DNA of 64,000 bases, taken from contig CAZDCD010000015.1 in NCBI GenBank assembly GCA_964503885.1, positions 24,663 through 88,662 of the forward strand. The letters are read 5' to 3'. Positions 10,160 to 18,989 of the stretch are shown here, in pieces. Position 1 is the stretch's first letter. The number at the start of each line of letters is the position of its first letter. Under the pieces are notes generated by a model. That model made no database searches. It saw only the letters and a list, made by a program, of their open reading frames with translations, and was not told the origin of the DNA. Source of the DNA: an uncultured Bacteroidales bacterium (lineage in GTDB: Bacteria > Bacteroidota > Bacteroidia > Bacteroidales > UBA10428). A program made the translations under genes and the position numbers.

Positions 10160-11311
10160 ATGAAAGATCTGCAAAATCTCAGAGTAGACATAAGTAAGCT
10201 GATCAATACGCTCCCGGCGAACAGCTCCGTTAGTGAACTTTATTCGGTAAAAAACGATCAACACCTGTGGATTCAAACTTCAGGACCCGGAGTCCATTCT
10301 TCAGGTGGCGTAGAAACAGTGCAACTTGACCGGAACCTGCTTGCTGATATTTCCGGGAGTAGTTATGATGAAAACCTGATCAGGAGATACACACAATTTC
10401 AGCATGATCTTGGTAAAACCAGAACCTGTCAGAATTCCGAAGTAATTCCTCCTGTGGATGCTGTTATTCACAATATGCTGAGGCATAAGTTTGTGTTGCA
10501 GGCTCAACCTGCAGCAATAACAGGTCTGCTCTGTTCAAGGAATTCAATACGGATCATTCAGGAACTGTTTCCGGACATATCGGTATTTACCGAATATGAA
10601 GATATCGGGTATTCCCTTTTTAAAAAGGCGGAGAATGCAGTAAAAATCTTCAGAGATAAAGCGGGAAAGGAGCCCTCGGTTCTTTTTATCGGAAATTATG
10701 GGATGATCGCCGGCGCCGGTACCGTGGAAGAACTGAAGCATGTTTATATCGAAGTTGAAGAAAAAATCCAGGACCGTATTCATGAAGAACTGGTTATTAA
10801 TGAGTTGCCTGTGGATGGGAAACTTACAGGAATTCTTACCGCACTTCAGGAATTGATGAAAAATGACCAGACCCCTTTTCTGAGATGCATTAATAATTCA
10901 CTGGTCCGAAGGTATTCATCAGACAGGCGTCATTTTCAAAGGATAGCACTTCCTTTTACACCCGAGATCATTCAATTTTGCAGGTCGAGATACCTGTACA
11001 TTGAACCCGGTGAGGCTGCTGATAACCTTTTTGAAAATTTAAAAACGCAACTATTCAGGTTCAGGAACGAATTCAGGTTCTCTCCGAAGGCTATTCTGAT
11101 CAGAGGATTGGCCCTTATCGTTTTGGGAGAGACCGAGGAAGATACCGGAATTGTATTGAAAGTATTCGGACAACTCATGAAAATCGCCTATTACGCCGAA
11201 TATTTCGGTGGTCCCAGATCCATGAATTGCTACCAGGTTGACCTCATCGACGAACTGTTGAAGAACCCCGCAAACAAAACACAGATAGGAAACACGGACA
11301 ATTCGGAATAA
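10160..11311 (+). CDS. class II aldolase/adducin-like protein (resembles the N-terminal part of bifunctional aldolase/dehydrogenases)
   Basis: LWIQTSG, LFIGNYGMIAGAGTVEE and ILIRGLALIVLGETEED resemble the two aldolase-II-like halves of YuxG-type proteins. The usual NHG is NYG here. Confidence 0.45.
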   Translation: MKDLQNLRVDISKLINTLPANSSVSELYSVKNDQHLWIQTSGPGVHSSGGVETVQLDRNLLADISGSSYDENLIRRYTQFQHDLGKTRTCQNSEVIPPVDAVIHNMLRHKFVLQAQPAAITGLLCSRNSIRIIQELFPDISVFTEYEDIGYSLFKKAENAVKIFRDKAGKEPSVLFIGNYGMIAGAGTVEELKHVYIEVEEKIQDRIHEELVINELPVDGKLTGILTALQELMKNDQTPFLRCINNSLVRRYSSDRRHFQRIALPFTPEIIQFCRSRYLYIEPGEAADNLFENLKTQLFRFRNEFRFSPKAILIRGLALIVLGETEEDTGIVLKVFGQLMKIAYYAEYFGGPRSMNCYQVDLIDELLKNPANKTQIGNTDNSE

Positions 11312-11417
11312 TTTGTACGAAAATTAATACCTAGAAATAACTCCACTACCTGAAATAAATCGAGGAATATTCTTAGCTTTAAATTGATCATGTCAGAGCA
11401 GTAATTCTTTATGTAAT

Positions 11418-12689
11418 TTGAAAACCAAGGCAGTCAGAATTTACGGTAAAAACGATCTCAGGTTTGAAGAATTCGACCTGCCTGCAATAAAACAGGATGA
11501 GATCCTTGCCCAGGTGATCTGCGACAGCCTTTGTATGTCGACATACAAAGCTGTGAAACAGGGTATTGAACACAAACGTATTCCTGAAGATGTTCATATC
11601 CATCCAACCATAATCGGGCATGAATTCAGCGGCATTATTGTTGAGGTTGGCGATAAATGGAAAAAAGCCTTTACTCCGGGGATGAAATTTACCATACAAC
11701 CTGCATTGAGATATCCGAAGGGGCCGGTAGGAATACTGAGTGCACCAGGCTATTCTTACAGGTATACCGGAGGTGATGCAACACACATTATCTTAACAGC
11801 CGAGATCATGGAACAGGATTGCCTGGTGACTTATAACGGGAAGGGATTTTATCCTGCCGCCCTTACTGAACCGCTCTCGTGTGTAATCGGAGCCATGCAT
11901 GCCTGTTATCATACCAGGCCCGGGTCGTATGAGCATATCATGGATATCTTTAATGGGGGAAATATGGCCATCTTGGGGGGGGCGGGCCCGATGGGTCTGG
12001 CAGCAATAAATTACGTAATTCACAGGAAAGACCGAAAACCCGGAATACTGGTTGTTACCGATATCGACCAGACACGTCTTGACAGGGCTGCAAAGCTTAT
12101 CAGTCCGCGTGATGCAGATCGGAAGGGTGTCAAGCTTCACTATCTGAACAGCATAAACTCACAGAATTCCACAAGAACTCTTCTTGAAATCACCGGAAAT
12201 ACAGGCTATCAAGATGTTTTCGTTTTTGTGCCCTCAGTACCTGTTGCTGAACAGGGTGATGAAATCCTTGCAACTGACGGGTGCCTGAATTTTTTTGCCG
12301 GACCTGAAGATGCAGGCTTCAGGGCGAAACTTAATATGTATGATGTGCATTATAATTTTACTCATATTATGGGTACAAGCGGTGGCAACACATCCGACCT
12401 GAAAGAATCGATGGACATGATGTCGGACGGTTTTAATCCTGCCGGACTCATCACCCATATCGGAGGACTTAATGCTGCGGCTAAGGCTACATTGAAATTA
12501 CCTGAAATTCCCGGAGGTAAAAAACTGATTTATAACAATATCGAAATGCCTCTGACCGCACTGAACGAGTTCGGGACTAGAAAACACGACCCGCTGTTCG
12601 TCGCTCTCGCCAGTATAACTGAAAAGCATAATGGTTTATGGAGTTACGAAGCAGAAGAATGGCTGATCAGGCACGCAAAACCAATCTGA
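11418..12689 (+). CDS. zinc-type alcohol/sugar-phosphate dehydrogenase (long, about 420 aa form)
   Basis: TTG start. Contains GHEFSGIIVEVG and an NAD(P) fold ILGGAGPMGL. Resembles sorbose-1-phosphate-reductase-like MDR enzymes. Confidence 0.7.
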   Translation: MKTKAVRIYGKNDLRFEEFDLPAIKQDEILAQVICDSLCMSTYKAVKQGIEHKRIPEDVHIHPTIIGHEFSGIIVEVGDKWKKAFTPGMKFTIQPALRYPKGPVGILSAPGYSYRYTGGDATHIILTAEIMEQDCLVTYNGKGFYPAALTEPLSCVIGAMHACYHTRPGSYEHIMDIFNGGNMAILGGAGPMGLAAINYVIHRKDRKPGILVVTDIDQTRLDRAAKLISPRDADRKGVKLHYLNSINSQNSTRTLLEITGNTGYQDVFVFVPSVPVAEQGDEILATDGCLNFFAGPEDAGFRAKLNMYDVHYNFTHIMGTSGGNTSDLKESMDMMSDGFNPAGLITHIGGLNAAAKATLKLPEIPGGKKLIYNNIEMPLTALNEFGTRKHDPLFVALASITEKHNGLWSYEAEEWLIRHAKPI

Positions 12690-12880
12690 TTTATGCAACA
12701 ACCTGTAAATTCAATCTTAAATAACCGAGTTTGATGGAATCGAAAAAGGTCCATTATTTCTTATGAACTTGGATTTACAGATAAATATAGATATCTACAT
12801 ATTGAACTATTTTGTAGATTAGCAAAAAATAAGTTCCCCGAGTATACAAATCTAAGCATCGTTTGATGTATGATTGATAT

Positions 12881-12975
12881 ACCGATGGGTTTGCCGGGAA
12901 ACCGGTGAGCCTCCCGAAGCGAAGAACCAATTGGAAAGGGGATGGTAACGGACAATTTAGGATATTGCCCATTCC
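12881..12975 (+). promoter_or_regulatory. candidate molybdenum-cofactor (Moco) riboswitch aptamer
   Basis: Outer helix GATGGG (12884-12889) / CCCATT (12969-12974). GCCGG-GAAA-CCGG hairpin. GAGCCTCCC and GGAAAGGGG strings resemble conserved Moco-motif segments, and CCTCCC can pair with GGGA(T)GG. It sits directly upstream of the Moco biosynthesis operon. Confidence 0.55.
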
Positions 12976-12998
12976 TTTGAAGGTTTGGGCATTTTTTA
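12967..12998 (+). terminator. intrinsic terminator serving as the riboswitch expression platform
   Basis: GCCCA..(CCTT/AAGG)..TGGGC stem followed by ATTTTTTAT. Its 5' arm overlaps the 3' strand of the aptamer's outer helix. It lies 6 nt upstream of the ATG at 13004. Confidence 0.6.
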
Positions 12999-13003
12999 TA
13001 CGT

Positions 13004-13729
13004 ATGGATATAGTGTTTTTATCGGCTTTATTTGTCATTGCTTTTTTCTATTCCTCGGTTGGACATGGAGGTGCCAGCGGATACCTTGCCTTAATGGCAC
13101 TGTTTGGCGTCGAACCGTTGTATATGAAATCCTCTGCCCTCACCCTTAATCTTTTTGTTTCAGGTATTGCACTGATCCATTTTTACCGTAACGGACATTT
13201 CAGGTTACGCATCATCCTGCCTTTCATCATAACTTCGGTACCCATGGCATTTACCGGCGCAATGATTCATATCGAATCAAAGATTTACAAGATCATTCTG
13301 GGTGTATTTTTACTTATTGCAACGGTAAGGATGCTCCTGCTGAATAAGCGTCAGCTGGTAGATACCACCAGGACTCCTTTCGCAGCGGCATTACTCATCG
13401 GGGCGATCCTTGGTTTTTTTGCAGGAATGATCGGTATCGGAGGAGGAATCATACTTAGTCCGTTGCTTGTTTTACTGCACTGGGCCAATCTGAAAGAAGC
13501 CGCTGCAGCGTCTGCCCTCTTCATCCTGCTAAATTCCGCTTCGGGTCTGGCGGGAGTGTATTATTCAGGGTATACCGTAACTCCCGGAATTCTTATCTGG
13601 GTTTTGGCAGCTTTTGCAGGAGGAATTCTGGGTGCATACTTTGGGAGCAGAAAATTCACACACAGTGCATTGCGTTATATCCTTTCAGGCATACTATTCC
13701 TTGCAAGTTTAAAGTTATTTATTTTTTAA
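13004..13729 (+). CDS. TauE/SafE-family anion permease
   Basis: A polytopic membrane protein with the duplicated G-rich motif typical of TauE/SafE (VGHGGASGY; GMIGIGGGIILSPLL). The start is moved to the ATG at 13004 because the listed start at 12905 lies inside the structured leader. Confidence 0.75.
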   Translation: MDIVFLSALFVIAFFYSSVGHGGASGYLALMALFGVEPLYMKSSALTLNLFVSGIALIHFYRNGHFRLRIILPFIITSVPMAFTGAMIHIESKIYKIILGVFLLIATVRMLLLNKRQLVDTTRTPFAAALLIGAILGFFAGMIGIGGGIILSPLLVLLHWANLKEAAAASALFILLNSASGLAGVYYSGYTVTPGILIWVLAAFAGGILGAYFGSRKFTHSALRYILSGILFLASLKLFIF

Positions 13730-13737
13730 GGGAGAAC

Positions 13738-14322
13738 ATGAAAACAGGTAACATAACCGGCATCATACTGGCAGGGGGAAAAAGTTCGCGAATGGGCACT
13801 GACAAAGCATTAGTAAATATCGGAAACAAACCTATGATTGAGCATATTTTCAACCTGTTAAACAGGATATTTCCACAGATTATCATCAGTACCAATAATC
13901 CTGACCGGTATGTCTTCCTGGGCAGCCGAACCATCGGTGATGAGAAATCCGGACTGGGGCCTGTCGGAGGAATTTACACATGCCTTAAGGCTATGAACAC
14001 ACCGAAAGCATTTGTCACCGCCTGCGATCTGCCCTATATAACAGAAGAACTTATCCGGTATGTTATTTGGCATGCCGGTTTGGGAGAGTTTGTGGTACCG
14101 TCGCTAAACGGGAACCAGCTCGAACCCCTCTGTGCCATTTACGACAAAAGTGTTGCAGGTGTGCTTGAAAAGATGATCGAAAGAAATGACCTTAGTCTCA
14201 GGAACCTGCAATATAGCTGTAAGGCGGTTGTTCTTCCTGTTTCAGAAGACCTCAGTTTTTATGATGAAAAGTTGTTCCTGAATATAAATACACCCGGAGA
14301 CATCGGCGATAACCGGCTATGA
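13738..14322 (+). CDS. mobA: molybdenum cofactor guanylyltransferase
   Basis: GIILAGGKSSRMGTDKAL N-terminal signature, 194 aa. Confidence 0.85.
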   Translation: MKTGNITGIILAGGKSSRMGTDKALVNIGNKPMIEHIFNLLNRIFPQIIISTNNPDRYVFLGSRTIGDEKSGLGPVGGIYTCLKAMNTPKAFVTACDLPYITEELIRYVIWHAGLGEFVVPSLNGNQLEPLCAIYDKSVAGVLEKMIERNDLSLRNLQYSCKAVVLPVSEDLSFYDEKLFLNINTPGDIGDNRL

Positions 14323-14843
14323 ACACATACAAAAACATTTTATTGATATCGGGATCGGGCCGGAATACGGGTAAGACTACTTTAGCCTGCCAGCTTATCA
14401 TGCGGTTTGCCGGCCTGAATATTGTGGCCATTAAAATAACGCCCCATTTTCATGACAATCAGATATCGGAAAATGTCGTTATTAAAAAAGAAGGACTCAA
14501 GATCATGACAGAAACCAGTACAGACGGGAAAAAAGACAGTTCAAAGATGCTGCTGGCGGGAGCACACCGTGTATTCTATATTCAAACTACGGACGATCAC
14601 GTGCTCGAATCACTTGAAACGGTGCTGGAAAGGCTACACGATGAAGTGCCTGTAATTATTGAATCGGGAGGACTTGGAAAATATATTGGTGCAGGATTGA
14701 AAATATTTGTTACCAAGAATCAAAAGGAAGTTTCTAAAAACAGCGAACTGATGGAGCAGTCAGATGTAATAATCCGTTCAGGCAATGCGGATTTCGATTA
14801 CTCAAGGATAACATACAGCGACAACAGCTGGAAAATTATATGA
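14319..14843 (+). CDS. MobB-like P-loop protein
   Basis: P-loop SGSGRNTGKTTL, IKITPHFH and ESGG resemble the MobB segments GKTT / IKHTHH / VEGF. ATGA overlaps on both sides suggest translational coupling. Confidence 0.5.
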   Translation: MNTYKNILLISGSGRNTGKTTLACQLIMRFAGLNIVAIKITPHFHDNQISENVVIKKEGLKIMTETSTDGKKDSSKMLLAGAHRVFYIQTTDDHVLESLETVLERLHDEVPVIIESGGLGKYIGAGLKIFVTKNQKEVSKNSELMEQSDVIIRSGNADFDYSRITYSDNSWKII

Positions 14844-16015
14844 ACATGATCACTCTGGAAAATGCCCTGGCAATAATCCTCGAAGAAACCCGGCAAATGC
14901 CGGTCGAAACCGTCGACTTCGGGCAATCATTCGACCGTGTGCTTGCCGAAGACGTATTGTCCGATATGGCCATGCCCCCTTTCGATAAATCAGCTGTCGA
15001 CGGATATGCATTCAGAATGGAAGATTCCGACCAGGAACTCGTGATCATAGAGGCCATACAGGCAGGTAAAAAGCCCGGGAAAACTATTGGACCGGGACAG
15101 TGTTCCAAGATAATGACAGGGGCTGAGGTTCCCGCAGGTGCAACCTTTGTGGTAATGGCTGAAGATACTGAAAAAACCGGCGATAAAATCAGGATCCTGC
15201 GCAAACCGGGAAAGACAAATATCTGCCTTCTGGGAGAAGATTTCGGAAAAGGAGAGAAAGTAGTTATGAAAGGAACAACGATCGGGCCCCAGCACATAGC
15301 AATCATGGCTGCTGTTGGATGGGTGCAGCCAAAAGTATTTTCAAGGCCGGACGTGTCTGTCATTGTAACCGGTGATGAGATCGTGGAGCCTTACCAGAAA
15401 CCCGGAATATCAATGATAAGGAACAGCAATGGTTATCAGCTCACTGCCCAGCTAATCAAATCAGGCTGTATACCCCATTACCGGGGTATCGTTAAAGACG
15501 ATGAATATTTTCTGAACCAGGCTATTGAATCGGCTTTACGCAAATCGGGAATCCTTATACTTACGGGGGGAGCTTCAAAGGGAGACTATGACCTGGTTCC
15601 TCCGGTCCTGGAAAAACTGGGTTTTGATATCCGTTTCACCGAAGTGGCCATACAACCCGGTAAACCGGTGAGCTTTGCCGTAAAAGACAATAAGGTATGT
15701 TTTGGCCTTTCGGGAAATCCTGTCTCATCATTTTTCCAGTTCGAGCTGCTGGTAAAACCGTTTCTTCGCCGGATAACCGGTATTGAAAAGCCCGGTGAAT
15801 ATTTGAAATTGCAGCTTGGTAAAGAAATAACCCGTAAAAAGACTGCCAGGGAATATTTCTTTCCTGTGACCTACAGGGATACAGAAGCTATTCCAGTTGA
15901 TTTTCACGGATCTGCACATATCAATGCGCTGGCCTGTGCCGATGGCATAGCTTCAATGAGTGTTGGGATAGCTGAACTGAAAAAAGGGGATTATGTGAAT
16001 GTTAGACAGATTTAA
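14840..16015 (+). CDS. moeA: molybdopterin molybdotransferase
   Basis: MoeA architecture. Contains PPFDKSAVDGYA, LTGGASKGDYDLV and SGNPVSS. Confidence 0.85.
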   Translation: MNMITLENALAIILEETRQMPVETVDFGQSFDRVLAEDVLSDMAMPPFDKSAVDGYAFRMEDSDQELVIIEAIQAGKKPGKTIGPGQCSKIMTGAEVPAGATFVVMAEDTEKTGDKIRILRKPGKTNICLLGEDFGKGEKVVMKGTTIGPQHIAIMAAVGWVQPKVFSRPDVSVIVTGDEIVEPYQKPGISMIRNSNGYQLTAQLIKSGCIPHYRGIVKDDEYFLNQAIESALRKSGILILTGGASKGDYDLVPPVLEKLGFDIRFTEVAIQPGKPVSFAVKDNKVCFGLSGNPVSSFFQFELLVKPFLRRITGIEKPGEYLKLQLGKEITRKKTAREYFFPVTYRDTEAIPVDFHGSAHINALACADGIASMSVGIAELKKGDYVNVRQI

Positions 16016-16799
16016 CAGAAGGATAAATTACCTGAGGATATCGGTAACCGACAGGTGTAACCTGAGATGCAGCTATTGTATGCCGGAAAATGGGATACGG
16101 TTGCTGAACCATTCGGAGATCCTCTCTTTTGAGGAAATTACCGAAGTGGTAAAGGTGTGCACAAAGCTGGGGATAAACAAGATACGAATTACCGGCGGAG
16201 AACCTCTTGTAAGAAAAGGAATTGTATCGTTGGTACAGATGATATCAGTCATTGAAGGCATTGAAGACCTGTCGATGACAACGAACGGAGTACTGCTCCA
16301 GGATTTTGCCTTTGCCCTGGCCGAAGCCGGACTTATGCGCGTGAATGTGAGCCTGGATACGATCGATCGCTGGAAATTTGAGGAGATCACCAGGCGCGAT
16401 GCACTTATCAGTGTATTCAAGGGTATTGAAGCAGCTAAAAATGCAGGTCTGATGCCGGTGAAGATAAACTGTGTGCTAATGAAAACCGGCGACCGCAGGT
16501 ATGCGGAACAGCTTCGGCATTATGCGCATGAACAGGGATTCCAGGTGCGGTTCATCCATCAGATGGATCTGAGCAATGGTGAGTATTCCCTGGTGGAAGG
16601 TGGTGATGGTGGAAATTGCAGGATATGCAACCGGATACGCCTGACAGCGAACGGACTCATCAAACCGTGCCTTTTCTCGGATCTCGGATACAACATCCGG
16701 GAAATAGGTATTGAACATGCCGTGAACCTGGCGTTAGGCAATAAACCCGAATCGGGAACCTACAACAGGAGCGAACGGTTTTACGAACTTGGAGGGTAA
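15999..16799 (+). CDS. moaA: GTP 3',8-cyclase (radical SAM), compact form
   Basis: CNLRCSYC N-terminal cluster, a C-terminal CRICNRIRLTANGLIKPC cluster, and a terminal Gly-Gly. At 266 aa it is shorter than typical MoaA. Confidence 0.8.
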   Translation: MLDRFNRRINYLRISVTDRCNLRCSYCMPENGIRLLNHSEILSFEEITEVVKVCTKLGINKIRITGGEPLVRKGIVSLVQMISVIEGIEDLSMTTNGVLLQDFAFALAEAGLMRVNVSLDTIDRWKFEEITRRDALISVFKGIEAAKNAGLMPVKINCVLMKTGDRRYAEQLRHYAHEQGFQVRFIHQMDLSNGEYSLVEGGDGGNCRICNRIRLTANGLIKPCLFSDLGYNIREIGIEHAVNLALGNKPESGTYNRSERFYELGG

Positions 16800-17029
16800 T
16801 TTTGGAGTATCAGCAGCAATGACAGCGGCAGTTAATGCATGGAGCATGGGGCATGGGGCGGTGACAGTGATCCGTACCAGCTAATCAGTTTTCAGAGTAA
16901 TTCGTTTACCACAACGGTTAGTTACTTCGTCGCTTTGATCCGGCTCTGATGCAGCGCGCAAGGCAAAAGCAATGGAACCTTGCCTGCTGAACATTTCTGC
17001 ATCCAGTCCCGGTGATCCGGGCTGTAACC

Positions 17030-17105
17030 CTTGGAACACCTGGAACTCTTTAAACTCTTGGAACAACATGGAACACCTGGAATACGAAACACAGAACACG
17101 AAACA
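17030..17105. repeat. degenerate short tandem repeats (T)GGAACA(CC)
   Basis: cttggaacacc tggaactc .. cttggaacaac atggaacacc tggaatac gaaacac agaacac gaaaca, lying inside the 320-nt moaA-moaC spacer. Confidence 0.8.
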
Positions 17106-17119
17106 TTTAAAAAAAAGAC

Positions 17120-17566
17120 ATGTCAGAATTTAGCCATACAGACAATCAGGGAAAGGCCCGCATGGTAGATGTGGGAGATAAACCCATGCAGCGCCGTGAA
17201 GCGGTGGCAACTGGATTTATCCGGTTGCGAAAAGAAACGGTGAAGCTGATCCGTGAAAATTCGGTTAAAAAAGGAGATGTCCTGGCCATAGCGCAACTTG
17301 CCGGCATACAGGCAGGGAAAAAAACCAGTGACCTGATCCCCCTCTGCCATCCGTTGCTGATCTCTTCAATAGATGTACATGCAGAAACCGGGACTGACGG
17401 TGTTCGGGTGTCCGGCACAGCGAAATGTACAGGCCAGACAGGAGTGGAAATGGAAGCGCTGACTGCAGTGAATATTGCCTTACTTACAATCTATGACATG
17501 TGTAAGGCTGTGGATAGCAGCATGGTTATCGAGGACATCAGGCTGGTCAGCAAAACGAAAATATAA
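17120..17566 (+). CDS. moaC: cyclic pyranopterin monophosphate synthase
   Basis: Contains MVDVGDKP, KKGDVLAIAQLAGI, IPLCHPL and GVEMEALTA. Confidence 0.9.
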   Translation: MSEFSHTDNQGKARMVDVGDKPMQRREAVATGFIRLRKETVKLIRENSVKKGDVLAIAQLAGIQAGKKTSDLIPLCHPLLISSIDVHAETGTDGVRVSGTAKCTGQTGVEMEALTAVNIALLTIYDMCKAVDSSMVIEDIRLVSKTKI

Positions 17567-17585
17567 TGTTTCGAAAACCAAATAC

Positions 17586-18518
17586 ATGGAGAAAATAACA
17601 GTCAAATCTGTAAATACCTCAGCAGAAAAAGGTACGGTGAAAAAACCGGTGAAGCGGGTCAATATCTTGGAAACCGGAGTTGAAAACGACGCTCATGCAG
17701 GCGACTGGAACAGACAGGTAAGCCTTCTCGGATTGGAGAGCATTGCCAGATTTTCTGTCGAAGCCGGGCGGGATATCAATCCAGGTGAATTTGCCGAAAA
17801 TATAACCACCGAAGGTATGGCGCTTTATGAGGCACATCCTCTTGACCGGTTTGTCTCCGGTGATCTGATCCTGGAAATCTCCCAGATTGGCAAAAAATGC
17901 CATGGTACATCGTGTGCTATTTTTAAAGAGGTGGGCAATTGCGTAATGCCTGCTGAAGGTATTTTTTGCAGGGTTGTCAGTCCGGGTACATTAACGGCAG
18001 GAGACCAGCTTCACTATGTTCCTCACAGATACCGTATATATATACTCACGATCAGTGACCGGGCAAGCAGGGGATTATACAGCGACCGGAGCGGACCTGC
18101 CACCGCTGACAAGATTTCGGAATTTTTTTATTCAGTGCACCAGGAATTTCAGATAACCTCTGAGATCATTCCTGATGATCCGAATGAGATCCGCAGGAAA
18201 ATACTTGATGCCGTTGAAATGAATGCAGATATTATTATCACCACAGGAGGAACAGGCATCGGGACAAAAGACTTTACGCCCGATGTTATCAGAGATCTTA
18301 TTGATAAAGAAATTCCCGGTATCATGGATTTCATCAGGTTGCAGTACGGGGCCGGAAACCCGAAGGCGCTGATAAGCAGAAGCATAGCCGGTGTGAAAGA
18401 AAGGTCGCTTATTTATGCCCTTCCGGGCAGTGTGAATGCTGTGAAGGAATACCTTCAGGAGATCACCAAAACCATAATGCATTCTGTGTATATGATTCAT
18501 GGGCTGGATCTGCATTGA
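17586..18518 (+). CDS. MOSC domain fused to a MogA/MoaB-type molybdopterin adenylyltransferase domain
   Basis: The N-terminal roughly 140 aa are MOSC-like (NDAHAG..RQVSLL..GEFAENITTEG). The C-terminal part has ILTISDRAS..SGP.. and ITTGGTGIGTKDFTPD. The start is set at the ATG at 17586, after the moaC stop. Confidence 0.75.
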   Translation: MEKITVKSVNTSAEKGTVKKPVKRVNILETGVENDAHAGDWNRQVSLLGLESIARFSVEAGRDINPGEFAENITTEGMALYEAHPLDRFVSGDLILEISQIGKKCHGTSCAIFKEVGNCVMPAEGIFCRVVSPGTLTAGDQLHYVPHRYRIYILTISDRASRGLYSDRSGPATADKISEFFYSVHQEFQITSEIIPDDPNEIRRKILDAVEMNADIIITTGGTGIGTKDFTPDVIRDLIDKEIPGIMDFIRLQYGAGNPKALISRSIAGVKERSLIYALPGSVNAVKEYLQEITKTIMHSVYMIHGLDLH

Positions 18519-18989
18519 CCGCGGCAGGCCATGCATTTAAGTTCTGATTTCCATGAAAATTCCGGCAAATAGCAATTCAAGACCCAACGACGGAATTACG
18601 TCCGGACAATGATAGCAAGAAGGAGAACTTATTTCTGAAATGCAAACCGGTCAGCATGAACCTCCTGCAAATTTATGCAATAGGACAGATAATACGATCC
18701 GTACAGGTTAAATAATTTTCCGGTAAAGTAGTTCGCATACATGAACTTACTCTGGTGTAATTTATCATCAATCTAAATAAGTTCCTTAATCACTGATTTT
18801 CTGTATATTACATAATGATTGTTGTTACACGGATAACACGATACTTGTTAAATAATTGTTTTACAATCATTTGAGACATGGAGATCTGGGGCATCTATCC
18901 TATGAAATTTCCAATTTCTTCTATAACTTTGATTTGTATATATACGTTTATGTATATACATTTATATGCTCATATATAGATATAAATAT

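Noticed and set aside
12905-13003. The listed start of the TauE ORF at 12905.
   Set aside because: The first 33 codons run through the structured riboswitch and terminator leader. The ATG at 13004 begins the hydrophobic N-terminus typical of the family.
14836-15363. Long antisense or overlapping ORFs inside well-supported genes. Examples: 3021-3503(-), 14836-15363(-), 18948-19442(-), 19655-20113(-), 29925-30410(-), 47934-48566(-), 60875-61249(-), and many ORFs of 60-130 aa in the track.
   Set aside because: Each lies wholly within a longer ORF on the other strand or frame that has clear family motifs. Their translations are of low complexity or rich in Arg, Ser and Cys, and show no motifs. 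I treat them as shadow ORFs.
16881-17099. A 72-aa minus-strand ORF in the moaA-moaC spacer, and a 73-aa ORF at 49374-49595(-).
   Set aside because: Both are translations of the intergenic repeat blocks (GGAACA runs; AAAGGATCAA/ATCAAGGCAA blocks). This type of repeat is known to generate spurious ORF calls.
17475-17585. The listed start of the MOSC-MogA ORF at 17475, which overlaps moaC by 92 nt.
   Set aside because: The overlapping part translates to non-homologous sequence. The ATG at 17586, 20 nt after the moaC stop, gives a normal MOSC N-terminus.
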